64,000 nucleotides of DNA from the human T2T-CHM13v2.0 reference genome, Homo sapiens. The stretch lies in the NCBI RefSeq assembly GCF_009914755.1, contig NC_060931.1; one strand, 5' to 3'. The notes below the pieces were generated by a model, which saw only the letters and a program-made list of their open reading frames with translations, did no database searches and was not told the DNA's origin. The translations under genes were made by a program, and so were the position numbers. The number at the start of each line of letters is the position of its first letter. Within the stretch, counting starts at the first letter, position 1. Below, piece after piece: positions 28,171-42,520 of the stretch.

Positions 28171-28385
28171 GCTGCAATCTCGGCACTTTGGGAGGCCAAG
28201 GCAGGCGGCTGCTCCTTGCCCTCCGGCCCCGCGGGGCCCGTCCGCTCCTCCAGCCGCTGCCTCCCGGGCGGCGCTCGCCGGCGCGGCGGCAAAGACTGAG
28301 ACAGCTCCGCTGCCCGCTGAACTCCATCCTCCTGGCGGTCGGGCGGCGGCGGCTGCGGTCGGTCGCGGCAGCGGCTCCGCTTCAT
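28062..28385 (-). CDS. Chimeric MAST2(1-59)-SVA ORF, 107 aa; translation unproven
   Basis: ORF track; native MAST2 ATG reads 48 codons into the SVA Alu-like/VNTR sequence. Confidence 0.3.
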   Translation of the reverse strand: MKRSRCRDRPQPPPPDRQEDGVQRAAELSQSLPPRRRAPPGRQRLEERTGPAGPEGKEQPPALASQSAEIAASARLPPRLGSEECLCLAAHRLGCEEPLCLAAQSGK

Positions 28386-28575
28386 ATCTGCAGCTGGGGC
28401 CCGCGGGCGTCAGCGCCGCGACTGTCCTGGCTCCGCACTGCCCCGGGCCGCAGCGCAGCCGCGCCAACCACCAGCCGCGGCCACCATGGCCAGACGGGCT
28501 CCCTAAGCCACCGACCCCAGCCCGCGGCGCCTTCGACCCTTCTGGGGCCTCCGGCGCCGCGACCTCCTCTGCCTG
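28209..28575 (-). pseudogene. MAST2: Transduced MAST2 exon 1 (5' UTR plus first 59 codons), CpG-island-like
   Basis: Translates MKRSRCRDRPQPPPPDR...GPAGPEGKEQ, matching the recalled MAST2 N-terminus, joined to SVA at the ...CAG|CCGCCTGCC splice acceptor position. Confidence 0.92.
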
Positions 28576-28576
28576 A

Positions 28577-28665
28577 AATTTCTTTTTTCTTTTCCTTTTA
28601 TTTTATTTTATTTTTTGAGACGGAGTCTTGCTCTGTTGTCTGGGTGGAGTGCAGTGGTGCAAATC
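28577..28665 (-). mobile_element. 5'-transduced Alu 3' remnant (AluSc-like) inside the SVA TSDs
   Basis: ttttattttattttttgagacggagtcttgctctgttgtctgggtggagtgcagtggtgc, lying between the MAST2 exon and the TSD. Confidence 0.85.
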
Positions 28666-29394
28666 AACACTAAAATTTAATGTAATGAAATATTACCTTA
28701 AAAAAGAAAAAAGCACAGTAATTAAAAAGGGAAATATAGTTAATCTTTTTTCTCTCCACTAAGCATGCCATTAACTGAGGAAAAAATCCAGCTGCAATTA
28801 TGTAAACTACATTTTCTAAAACCATAAAGAAAATAAGAAATGAAAAGGGATTTGGGAAAAAAATCCAAAGGTACAGTCAACTACACAAAAAAAGCTTAGT
28901 CTCATTAATCATTGTGAAAATGCAAATTGTAACTGAAATAAGATAAAACTACAATTCAAAGAGAAAGCCTAAAATTTCAACCCCCCAAAAATTCTGGGTT
29001 TTGGAGAGCTGGGATGGAATAGGGCTCCTAACCTTACAACAATGAAAGAACCCAACTAACTTCAAAGTCATGACTTTATTTTTATAGCAACCAGGTTGCC
29101 AAGAACTGAGTCAAAATGTGAGGGAAAACAAGCACCTGCAAGGAGAAAGAGGACAGATGCACTTACATAGGACAGATGCAAATAGACACCACTATGACAA
29201 GTAAAGCTGGAATAATCAATAAATTCCTGAAGACAAAGTGGGGCCGGTCAGATTGGGAGACCGCTGACAGCTGCAGAAGTTGGGAAAGATCCATCATCTT
29301 GAAAACTTTTCCCCCCAAACCCACTGTGATCTCTCAAGCAATTGGTAAGGAATCCAAGAGAGTCTGTATATGATACAGATCAGGGAGAGCAGAA

Positions 29395-29677
29395 CACTTG
29401 GGAGGTGACCAGGTCTTGGGGGCCGAGCCCTTATGAATGGGATTAGTGCCTTTATAAAAGAAGCTCAATGGAGTTCTTGTGTGCCTTCCACTATGTGAGG
29501 ACATAGAAAGAAGGCACCATCTATGAACCATGAAATGGGCTCTCATCAACACTGAATTTGTGAGCATCTTGACCTGAGATCTTACAGCCTCAAGAAGTGT
29601 GAAAAAAGAAATATCTATTGTTTTTTAGTCACCCAGTTCATGTTATTTTGTTATAAGAGTCCAAATAGACCAAGATA
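29395..29677 (+). mobile_element. MaLR LTR (MSTC/D or MLT1A-like), partial
   Basis: gagcccttatgaatgggattagtgcctttataaaag...ttttgttataag...gaccaagata. Confidence 0.7.
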
Positions 29678-29899
29678 TTCCACTTAATATATAGGGGAAG
29701 GCAACAAAAACTGCCACACTTAGAATACTCCTGATGCTGGGAGTATGAAAACAGGAAAAACAAAACTGCTCTTGAAGGTGAAGGAGGAATACCACTGAGC
29801 TCACCAACACAGCCAGGAAAAGAACAGAAGTGTGAGAAGGCTACATTCCTGGGACCCTGAGAAAAAGCACCTGCATAAGACTGAGATGAAATTACCTAC

Positions 29900-30530
29900 C
29901 CTAGTTACAATTGAAATTCCAAAAAGAAAAGAGGAAAAAATAACGGAGCAAAAGAAATATTTTTCAAAATAACTGCCAAAAATATTCTAAAAGAAGTGAC
30001 AGAAAATCAAACTTCAGATATAGGAAACTCAGAGAATGTCAAATAGAACAAAAATAAATAAGAATTACATCTTGAAAAATCTTTAAAAAATCAAGTCTAA
30101 ATTTTATATCTTGCTCCAAATATATAGAGATATAAATAGGTTATCATCAAGATATGGAGAATGCCATATCATGGAAACACTAAAATAAAGCTGTGGAAAG
30201 ACTACATTGATATTAGACACAACAGAGTTCAGAACAAGAAATAGTATCAGAGATGAGAGATAATAGATAATACAATAATCAATTCTCAAGAAGTTGTAAA
30301 CATCCTACTAATTAGGGTATGCAGCTAACAACAGAACCTCCAAATACATGAGGCAAAACAGGAAGGAAATCAAAGGCGAACTAGAAAAATCCAAAATTAT
30401 ATTTGCAGACTTCAACACTTTTGTCTTAGTAATGGACAGACTAGACACAAACTCAGTAATCATATGGAAGATAAGAACAACAATATCACCAACAAGACAT
30501 CCAATCTTCAATGGCAGATACTCTTTCAAG
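29900..30530 (+). mobile_element. Old L1M fragment including ORF2 endonuclease remnant
   Basis: ORF 30348-30533 (KIIFADFNTFVLVMDR) resembles the L1 ORF2 motif IIVGDFNTPLS..DR. Confidence 0.7.
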
Positions 30531-30589
30531 TGAAAAAAAAAAACAGTATGGCATATTCTCTAACAAACCCAGAATTTCTAATATTTGCG

Positions 30590-31180
30590 GTCTTCCTTCC
30601 TTCTTTCCATCTTCCTTTCTCTTCTCTTCCCTTCCCTTGCCTTCTTCCTTCCTTTTTTCTTTTCCTCTTTCTTTTCTTTTCCTTTTTCTTTTCCTCTTTC
30701 TTTTCTTTTTTCTCCTTCCTTCCTTTTCTCTTATTCTTCCTTCCCTCCTCCCTCCCTTCCTTTCTCCCTCCCTTTTCTTCCTTCTTTTCTCTTATTCTTT
30801 CTTTCTCACTTTCTTGTTTTCTTTCCTTTTCTCCTTTCCTCCCTCCCTCCTTTTATTCCTTCCTCGCTCCCTTCCTTTCCTCCTTTTTCCTTCCTTCTCC
30901 TCTTTATTTTCTTTGTTTCTTTGCCTTCCTCCCTTTTCCCATTCTCTCTTCCTCCTTTCCTTCCTCCCTTCCTTTCTTTCTTTCTCACTTTCTCTTCTTT
31001 CTTTCTCTTCTTTCTTTCTCTTTCTTTCTTGTGTTCTTGCTTTCTTTTTAGTCCCTTCCTGCCTTTCTCCCTTCCTCCTTCCCTCCCTTCCTTCTCTCAT
31101 TTCCTCCTTCTTTTCTTTCTTCTTTCTTTCCTTCCTTCCTTCTTTTTTCTTTCTTTCTTTTCTTTTCTTTCTTTCTCTTT
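30590..31180 (+). repeat. (TTCC/TTTC)n polypyrimidine tract, about 590 bp
   Basis: Almost entirely C/T. Confidence 0.92.
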
Positions 31181-31264
31181 ACTACAATTCATATTATTTA
31201 AAAAAAATTAAGAGGGGGAGGCAGAAAAATAAAGAACACTTTAATCTGCAGGTAAATAGATTAT

Positions 31265-32080
<816 letters not shown>

Positions 32081-33052
32081 GTAATTGTATCATGAAAATG
32101 AGAACCATAATTTACAACTGCTTTTAATACTGCACTTGGATGTTTGAAATCACGTACATGGAAATGATCTCTATCTGAATGAGGGAGGATAGCAAATTGA
32201 TGCCAAAATAACGCAAATGCAAATCTTACACTCATTTCTATGTAGGTTTCATTTAATCTTTGAAATTAAAATGAAATTAAAGGATTATGATATTTTGATG
32301 AAATTAGACTAAAATGAACAATAACAAAATAAGAACTTATATTCTTTATGTGGTCAATAAAGAAGTGATAGTGGAAAAAAACAAGATCAGATGAAGGTGA
32401 TGATTTAGGAAGTTGGAAAGATAGCTTAAACTACAAAATGGTATATAACTGGTGAACACTTAGACACACTGATGAACTTTGGCTTTTGGCTTGGTGAGAG
32501 CATAAAATGAGAGCAGCTGAGGTTTGCAAATTTGTAATCTCCTTGTGGAAAAACAGGGGAAAACACATCTCAGCCTAATAAGATTTATCTACTAAAGAGT
32601 CAAGAATTGATCCATTTGTCCTTGTAATTCAAAAGCTAATTCAAATCCTGATTTGATGTATTGTGTGAACAACCATTGCTGATTATCATCGCATACCTGA
32701 CATTCTCTTTTATCTGATATCTAAAATATTTGGTAATTCCTGGACTTTCTCTTTTCAAACCCAGTACGGTTTAATTTCAATCTTAGAACAGTTGTCTTTG
32801 AGAAATTCTTCCCTCTACTGCATCTGTAAATGGCCATAGCATGGTTACATATATACTGTCGCCCCAGAGAACATTTGTTAAATTAAAACCAAAGTTTAAA
32901 GCAACAGCTTTAACTCACTGGTTTTACTAATGTTTTCCTCCCCAATAGCCACAACAATATTTATACCCTCACACCTTTTAACATAAAGCTTGGTGTTGTC
33001 TACTTTTCAGGTGCTGTCATCTATATGATCTCAGTATTTTAAAAATCAGCTT

Positions 33053-33363
<311 letters not shown>

Positions 33364-34829
33364 TCAGCTCTCATTGATTTCTGCATAAATATGCACAGGT
33401 GATGTCCATATAGACATAAATAATAATATATCTGACAACGGGCCCATATGATCTTCAAAATGTAAAATGCCTATCTGTGTAATTGACTGGTTAGTCTTGT
33501 TAATGAATATAGATTCAATTCTACTTTCTTGTTCTACATAAATTATATAATCTAGCTTTTCGTTTCACTTATTTACTGATAACAACATGAAGAATGACAA
33601 GATATCTATTTTGGAAAATTACTCTGGTAGGAGAAAAGATGAAACTGATAGAATTGCATGGAAAACTAGAAAAAAGTATGGTCTTCTGATATTCTATCGC
33701 ATCATGTACTAAAGTCCTCATAAAACTCAGATATTTTATCTAAAAATGTTATTTTCATCTTAGGAATGATCAAAGCATGAGACTAGAATTGTATTACAAT
33801 GTACTTGTATCACAAGCACATGTGCTAAAAAGGAGGGGAAAACATCATTACTGATATTTTAAACGGATGTTTTACTTTCCATCAACATGAACCTCAACTT
33901 GATATGATGCAGATTGAAGGAAATCACCCATAATTCCACATTAAGAAGGCCTGTGATATTTTATGGGAAAATAAATAGAGAAAATGCTAACAGAAACCCT
34001 ATTAAGCATTAAGCTTTATGGAGCAAAGACAAATCCAGTGGTGAAAGATACACACTCGAGTTCTGTTTGTTGTCTTGGAACAATACGGTTTAGAGGTGAC
34101 TGGTGGGTGAGGAGAACATATGCGAGTTCACCAAACAGAAAAGCTGAATGAGGCAATGCCTCTTCCTGACCATATCTCTTACTCAGATAACTATATAATT
34201 TATTGTCCAGTAAAGGTTATATTTAAAAATCATATTAAAAGTCATGCAATGAAGTTGTCCAGGGAAATCAAGACTTAACAGTCTCACTCTGACAATAATG
34301 AATAGGGGGGTTCCCTGAAGATAGACTAGGACATGACCCCACACTGGCAGGTAGTAGTACCAGAAAAGAACCCATGGAAAATCTTTACCTTATGCTTGAG
34401 ATAGGGACCAGGCTTAAGTGAAAGCCAGACATAAAATTCTATCTAAAATATATCCACAATCGACGAAAATATGTGGTGTACAGGCATAGAATGTCTTTAC
34501 TGGATCATTGAAATAGTAAGATAAATTCAAATTTTTACATTGTTTTATTTTCCTCCAGTTAGGGCTTGAGGTTTGTCTCTGGAGAGTGACTGTCAATTGG
34601 AGCCCTGCCTTTCTGGGGTTCTGGGCAGGGGGTTGTGGATGCTTAACATGTGCCTTTCACAGGACACTTCCTTACCCCAGCAGTGGCCAGGTGTGCATCC
34701 CACGACCAGGCCTCCCTCTCACAGAACATCTGTTGAGACTAGGAGATGCCTGGTGACTGTTGCCTGACCTGTGTCCTGTGTATTTCTGACAAGAGCCACT
34801 CTCAGAGACCCTAGCCAGGAGGAGAGTTA

Positions 34830-35640
34830 GGTTCCAGTATAGGTCAGATCAGACACATGGAGGCCACAGGACCAAACATGGGAAATCACAGAAGTAGTTT
34901 AATTACTCACAGATCCAGAGAGAAGAGGGTAGCTGAGAAGAGGGTTTAGCTGTGTCCCCAGCCAAATCTCATCTTGAATTCCCACATGTTGTGGGAGGGA
35001 ACAGGTGGGAGGTAATTGAATCATGGGGGCAGGTCTTTCCCATGCTGTTCTTCTGATAGTGAATAAGTCTCACAAGATCTGATGGTTTTATAAAGGGGAG
35101 TTTCCCTGCACAAGCTCTCTCATCTTGTCTGCTGCCATGTGAGACTGCCTTTCACCTTCCACCATGATTGTGAGGCCTACCCAGCCATGTGGAACTGTGC
35201 ATCTATTAAACCTCTTTCTTCTGGAAATTACCCAGTCGGGCATGTCTTTACCAGCGGTGTGAAAATGGACAAATACAGTAGCACACCTCATAGGGCTGAA
35301 CAAAACGGAGAAGATGAGTGGGGAGCAAGAGAGAGAAAAGGGGTCTGTGGGACTCCAGCCTTTATTGGGCCCAGAACAGTACCCAAATAAGTTTTCCACG
35401 GGGCTCTAGTCGGTGGGGTGAGTGCCAGCAGGCACATTTCTTGGCTTCCGCTGCAACTGAGCAGGTCACTCTGGCGTGTGGGGGCTGTCCAAGTGGGCTG
35501 TGAGGTCTGTGGGGTGAGTCATGCAGATTGTATCCAATGGTTCCATAGCGGGTAGTCACCAGGGGGAGGCAACTGTGTAGGGTCAGTATCTGGGCCAGCC
35601 ACACTGAGGAACTGTGAGGGTTAGAACTGGAAATTGTCAA
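34830..35640 (-). mobile_element. Old ERVL LTR (MER54/MER74-like) hosting the THE1 insertion
   Basis: gtttaattactcacagatcc...gagagagaaaaggggtctgtgggactccagcctttattggg. Confidence 0.45.
34934..35277 (+). mobile_element. THE1 (THE1B-like) solo LTR
   Basis: TG...CA ends; 5-bp TSD GTAGC at 34,929-34,933 and 35,278-35,282; ccaaatctcatcttgaattcccacatgttgtgggaggg. Confidence 0.92.
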
Positions 35641-37598
35641 GGGAATCTGAACCCAGCTACCACATGAGAGAGTTCAACTTACATTCAATGTGAATGCCAT
35701 GGCAATATTAAAAGGTAAGAATTCGCTCCATACGTGCTTGAGGTAAATAGGAGAAACCTAGAATTTATGTAAACAGTGAGAAGATTAGATGCGTTTTCTG
35801 TCACATATTTTAATACTGGCAGCATATTATATATGTCAATCCATCAGGCATTCAGAATTACATGCTTATGAAAATTTTTTGCACCATCAGACAAAAGACA
35901 AGGGTAGAAGACATTTTTAACCCTATAAACACTAGTAAATTAAAAACAGTAGGACCTTTATGTCCTAATATTTCTATGTTGTGAAAGGCTGCCCTGTGAA
36001 ATATGGGATTTCTTAAACATATTTTAAAAATCATAGGTGTCAATATTTTTTAGAAATCCATTTAAATTTTCTCTTGCTATTTTACAATGCCTATTTGTTT
36101 AGTGGTTCTGCTGATTTTGATGTATATCCTAAACTTTACATTTTCTTTAAAGTATGTTTTATACAACTTTATGTAAAATGTTTCAGTATCTTCACATTCT
36201 CTCCCTGTCCTTTTGTTTTGCTCTTATATGGTGGCCTTGAGTCTTTTCTCTGGCTTTTCAAACCTAGTAAGACTAAGACACTAAAGTAACTTTGCCCGTG
36301 GTTTGGTAATGCCTTCTAAAGCACATCCTAAGCTCTGGTGCATACAGGGGTCTCCTTTGAGCTCTGTGCTTTTGAGATCCCATATACCTAAATTCCAGTA
36401 CTCCAAATCAGTACTGCTCAGTTTTAGTTACTAAGTTTAAAAATGTATTTTAATAGCAAGTTAGTTTAGTGCACTCTTGCTTCTTTCTTTACTGCTGGTA
36501 TACATGTATATTCCTTTAAATGAATCTTGGAATTTATTTAAAAATTTTAAATTATACTAATGGAACTGTATATTGTTGTGAATTCATAGGTGAATTTGGA
36601 AAGAATTTGTCTTTATGATACTAAATCCTTTTTATCCAAGAATCATATGTGCCTTTATATTTATTCCAGTCTATATTTATATCACTGAGTAAATATATAG
36701 AAATGTAGATACATACAGCTGTAGTTATAGATAGATACAAATATAGATATAACATGTTAAATCTATATCTATCCCATATAACATGTATACATGTTATATG
36801 TGTGTGTATATATATTTGTTTGTGTTATTAAAGAGCTCCCTTAAAATTTTTCTTTTATTTCCTATATAATTTTAGGTTGAGCTTGAATTTTCCTTGTATA
36901 AACAAACAAATATTTATACTAGTTTTAATACTGAGATTTAGACATTCTATCTTATTTTAGCATTGAATATTTTCACAATTATTATAAATATTATCTAATA
37001 TTAATAACGGAACTGTTAAAAATGTTTAAAATTGTACCTTTGAATTATTTTATTGTTGAATTTAAATTCCTTTAAGTATGATAGTAAATTTCTATTTTAT
37101 GCTTTCTCTATGCATATGCAAATTAATCTATCCACTTCTCTATCTCTATGTAGTAACATGAAAATCAGGCCTCTCTTCTTCTAATGGACATACACATATT
37201 TGCATATAGAATATCAGACTCTTTATAGCATTTAAAATCTTTAAAGACATGAATATTACCTTTTGACAAATATATTTTTGCATGTACTGAGAATACCCTA
37301 TTTATTTTTTATTTGGGCTAATCAATACGATTATTAATATTATTGGATTACCAAATTTAGAATCACACTTTCATCCCCAAGGTGGATATTTGTGGGTTTT
37401 TTTTGCCAATTTCTTGTCTTACTCTTTCAAATATTGTTGGATATTATTTTTATTTTATTTGGCATTTTAGTGTCAATATTTGTAAGTGATGAACTCTACT
37501 TATTTTTTCTTCAATATCTGGTGGGTTTTATAATTACTGCTATATTGGATTTTTAGTAGACATTGACAAAAATTATTCCTGTATGTTTTACAGCTGTA

Positions 37599-38157
37599 TG
37601 AAGGAAACAAATATATTTTACCCCAAAATATATTTCCTTGATATATTTCAAAATGGCTATTCAGAAGGGCTGGAAATGCAAACATAGCTGCAAAGCTGTC
37701 TTGGGGAGATTTGCATCGGTAGAGAATCTGCCTTGATGCAGCCAGGCTTTCTCTGAGGTCTGTCCCCTTGTCTGGATCTAGGAAAGTTTAACTGAGAGTC
37801 TGAGGTCTCCAAAGGTCTGAAAGAAACATTTTCTGTCTATTCTCTCTGAGGACTGCTCCCAGTGAGGTTTCACCTACGTAATAAGGTAATAAGTCCACTG
37901 TTGCTAGCCAGGGTCCTTTTCTCACATAACCTTTTTTTTTTTTTTTTCCCTGTGATCCAGGACCCCATTCTTTCTGTAAACTTCATGTGGTAGATAAGCT
38001 TCTGCACCCATCGTGTGTCTGGGTCTTCATTCTAAGGGCTCCAGTGTACACACATTGCAGAAACCTGTATGCCTTTTCTACTATTTATCTGCCTCCCATT
38101 AGTGATTTTCAGGGAAACTTCAGAAGGCAAAAGGGACATTCTCCTTTAGCCCATACT
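37599..38157 (+). mobile_element. ERV1 LTR (MER34/MER39 family)
   Basis: ttttaccccaaaatatatttccttgatatatttcaaaatggc ... gattttcagggaaacttcagaaggcaaaaggg. Confidence 0.7.
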
Positions 38158-38340
38158 CAGACAAAATCCCCCAACATTTAACTGATTCCTAATAGCTTAA
38201 AATCACTTTGAAAAATCCATATATTTATAACCTTTTCTTCCCTCTATGATTTCTGGTCAGCTTGGGTTTTGTTTTTTATTCCATTTACTTCATCCTCGAA
38301 AAGATCTATTTTATGTCTATTTATTCTCATTTATTGACAT

Positions 38341-38794
38341 TGAGAAAAGAAAATAACTTTCATGTGAGAAATGCAAGTCCTTTTAAATAATCAGGCCCAG
38401 AGAGATATTCAAATGAGACAGCAGTACTGTCCTGCTCCTCTTTGAGCTGTGTGTTCATCTAGGCTGCTTGCTGTTCCCACAGTAGCTATAAATTAACCAA
38501 TAATGCCACACCAGACACTATAATCCACACCCAATAATAGTGTAACAGTGTATAGCCAGTCACTAATAAATGTTATTTCCATAAGCCAATGAGAATTTGT
38601 GACAAACTTCTTTGCATCATCCCACTTCTTGTCCCTTTTTTGCCTTTAAGAAACTGCTTGTTGCAAAGCTCCAAATGGAGTTCATATCCAAGGATACTTG
38701 GCTCTGTTTCTTCCAGGCAGCTGTCCTCATTGTGGCTCAAGTAAACTCTTTGAATTACGTTTTGTGCTTCAGCCTCTTCCACTTAGATTAACAA
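38341..38794 (+). mobile_element. ERV1 (MER4-group) solo LTR
   Basis: tgagaaaagaaaataac ... ttgtggctcaagtaaactctttgaatt ... ttagattaaca. Confidence 0.6.
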
Positions 38795-38909
38795 CATGGA
38801 TTTGTGTCACCATGTACAGCAATTAAAATGTTTACGCTTTTCCCCTCGAGGGCATTGATGTGCTTTCCTGAGCACTTGGAATAGCTACATAGTGTCTACT
38901 TTCTAGATT

Positions 38910-39101
38910 ATGGTTTCTCAACCTTGGTGCTACTTACCTTTAGGACCAGAGGATTCTTTGTTGTGGGAGGCTGCCCTAGCAATGCTAGGTATTTCGTTTG
39001 ACCCCTAAATTTCACACCTCCACCAGTCTTGACATCCCCACAATAACCCTAGACATTGACAAATGTCTCCTGGGGAAAACTCTCCACCAGTTGACAGCCA
39101 A
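38910..39101. mobile_element. MER20 hAT-Charlie
   Basis: tggtttctcaaccttgg...attctttgttgtgggaggctgccct...agacattgacaaatgtctcctgggg. Confidence 0.8.
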
Positions 39102-40079
39102 ACTTCTTGAAATATTGGAATTGTCAATTGAGTTTTTATCTTATCCAAAACAAATATTTTTCTTTGTTTTTAAACATCTACTTCCATCTACTTATCTACT
39201 TATTTTTACTTTTATTTGTAACTTAATTCCATCAAGGAGAGAGAGTGCATTTTCTGTTATGCTAAATTTTTGAAGAATGTATTGATTTTTTTATGACCTG
39301 ATATATGGGTGATATGTAGATATTACATCTTTGTATTATCAAATTTCAGGGTGATAATAAAATTAATACTTATAATATTTATATTGTCAGTGTATATTAG
39401 TTATTTTCTTTCTTCACTACAGGAGTTTTTCAACCTATAGGCTATTTTCAATTCTAGGTTATCCAGTAGATTTTGAAATGTTATGATTAAATATCTACTT
39501 CTCAAGCATTCATCTTTGCAAATGAATCAATTCCAAGCTCTTATAATGCACATCATATAAAGGGCAGATTAGTCAATATATGGTTCAGAAATAATTATGT
39601 AATATTTATAAGAAAATTAAAAATTTAGATCCTTAACTCAGATAACAATAATCCAAATTAAAATTGGATTTAATTACATAATTTAAAATGACACCAGAAT
39701 GCTAGTAAAAATGCAGATAAGTTTATATAATCCTTTTTAGCTCTAGGACTTTATTAGCATAAATTCAAATACAGGAACCAAAGTAAGATTGAGACCTATA
39801 GTCAAAGGTTAAAATGTACACATTATAGGGGCATGATTAAACTAATTTAAAGCATAATAACATGGAGAAATATTGCAAAACATACATTTTACTGAATTAA
39901 TTGTTAATATCTAATCATTAAGTGAGAACAAAGGTAAAGAGTAGCTACACACACACACACCCACACACAAGTGCAATATTGTCAAATAAATGTGATGTTC
40001 AGCTACACTAGAAATCACACCTGTGTTTTCTCCACAGAAGAGTAAAGATTAAAAATCACAATAATATTTATTGTACATA

Positions 40080-41015
<936 letters not shown>

Positions 41016-41675
41016 AGAGAAAAGACAAATATATATGTGACAAATAATATTTAGAGTGTAAGATGCTTTTTAAAGGTATATTTGCAATTTCTGTCTAAAC
41101 ATTTAAATATACATTTGTTACTTTAACTCTAAAATTTCAAATAATTTAAGCTAAATACATAGTATATGCAGAAAATTTAGCAATATTTGTATGTAGCACC
41201 TTACTGTGTATTACTGTAACCAGTTGTGTAATATAAAGAACTAATTAAGGTAGCACCTACTTTTCAAATATCACATTTTTTCACAGACCTATTAAATAAG
41301 ACAAATAACATTTAAACTTTATTTTTAAATTTGTAGAATAGTAGTTTTCAGCAGATGGTTTATTTTAGCAAATTCCATCTTCAGATTGTGCTATGCTTTT
41401 ATGAGTTCCAGCTGTTAACGGATAATATTTTACTGCTGAATCTATCATGTGTGATATAATTGCTCATTATGTGCCTTAAAACACAAGCAATATAGTTATT
41501 TTCAACTTTTAGCAAATTAAAATCTTATCAGCAATTTAAAAACTCTAGAGTTGTCTTCTTCTGGTTAATTATTTTAAACTTGTATTTTTCTCTTTATGTT
41601 TTTAGTGAGTTGTCTTATCAAGGAGAAGAACTCAAGCTGATTATTCTTTTTTTTTCTCTTCCATCCACCTCGCAG

Positions 41676-41879
41676 GTGTGTTAATAATTTCATTTCTCAG
41701 AAAATGTTCTTTCATAGCCATCTTACAAGATGAGAGACCTTTTAACATCTTCCATTCGGATGTGATACCAGTAATGGAAAATATTCCAGCTTCATGAATA
41801 TGGTGATACAAATAGTTATCCATCTAACCTCTGTCAGTGCCAAATGTTTACTTTACTCAGTGAATTACTCAGTTGACTG
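41676..41879 (+). ncRNA. Candidate non-coding internal exon (204 bp)
   Basis: ctgat branch-like motif, about 30-nt polypyrimidine tract, CAG|G acceptor; CTG|GTAATT donor; stop codons in all three frames. Confidence 0.4.
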
Positions 41880-42387
41880 GTAATTTCTTCTGAAATCACT
41901 AATGAGAGGATCAGAGATCTGGCTGTTGTCTGTACCACATATGACTCCCAGTGCAGACAATTGTTTCTATGGAGCACAGACAGTTGAAAGGATTGACTTC
42001 CTGCTTAGAACAGTTTCTGCTGTGCTTCTTATCCTTCTTGTGGAGATTTCAGATTATCTGAATTGTTTTTCTATCTTAAGAAAAAACTCAACAATTCTCC
42101 CACCTGAGAGGAATGTAAACTGTAGTAAGTTAGCAGAAGCAATCCATAAAGTTTTTACATTGTTTGTTGTAAAATGCAGCGTTGGTGTCTCCATCACTAA
42201 TATTTGGTATCCCTCATTGCTCTTTTTTTGACTGCAATAGGATACCTCTAGGCAAATCTGTATTCCCGAGACAGAGTGCCCTTTTGGTTAGCTATAAGTA
42301 CACTCAATGGTAGGCTGAAATACTAGTTTTTATCTATGGTGAAATGGAATCATATCAGTGATTTTCTTTAAAAGGAAATTTAACTCT

Positions 42388-42520
42388 TGCTATGGTTTGA
42401 ATGCTTGCCCCTTCCAAATCTCATGTTAAAATTTGATCCCGAATGTTGCAGGTGGGGCTTACTGGGAGGTGTTGGGTCATGGGGATAGACCTTCATGAAT
42501 GGATAATACCCTCCCTTAGG
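42388..42520 (+). mobile_element. MST (MSTB-like) LTR fragment
   Basis: tgctatggtttgaatg...ccaaatctcatgttaaaatttgatccc...gggaggtgttgggtcatgggg. Confidence 0.75.

Larger units (their letters stand above)
24942..28665 (-). mobile_element. SVA_F1 (MAST2-SVA) retrotransposon, about 3.72 kb
   Basis: On the + strand: poly(T), SINE-R (about 24,975-25,470), VNTR (about 25,475-28,170), Alu-like remnant to 28,208, MAST2 exon 1, Alu remnant; TSD AACACTAAAATTTA at 24,928-24,941 and 28,666-28,679; no CCCTCT hexamer. Confidence 0.97.

Noticed and set aside
25147-28673. Many long ORFs (up to 315 aa) across the SVA
   Set aside because: VNTR and SINE-R translations; only the MAST2-initiated frame has a real gene-derived start.
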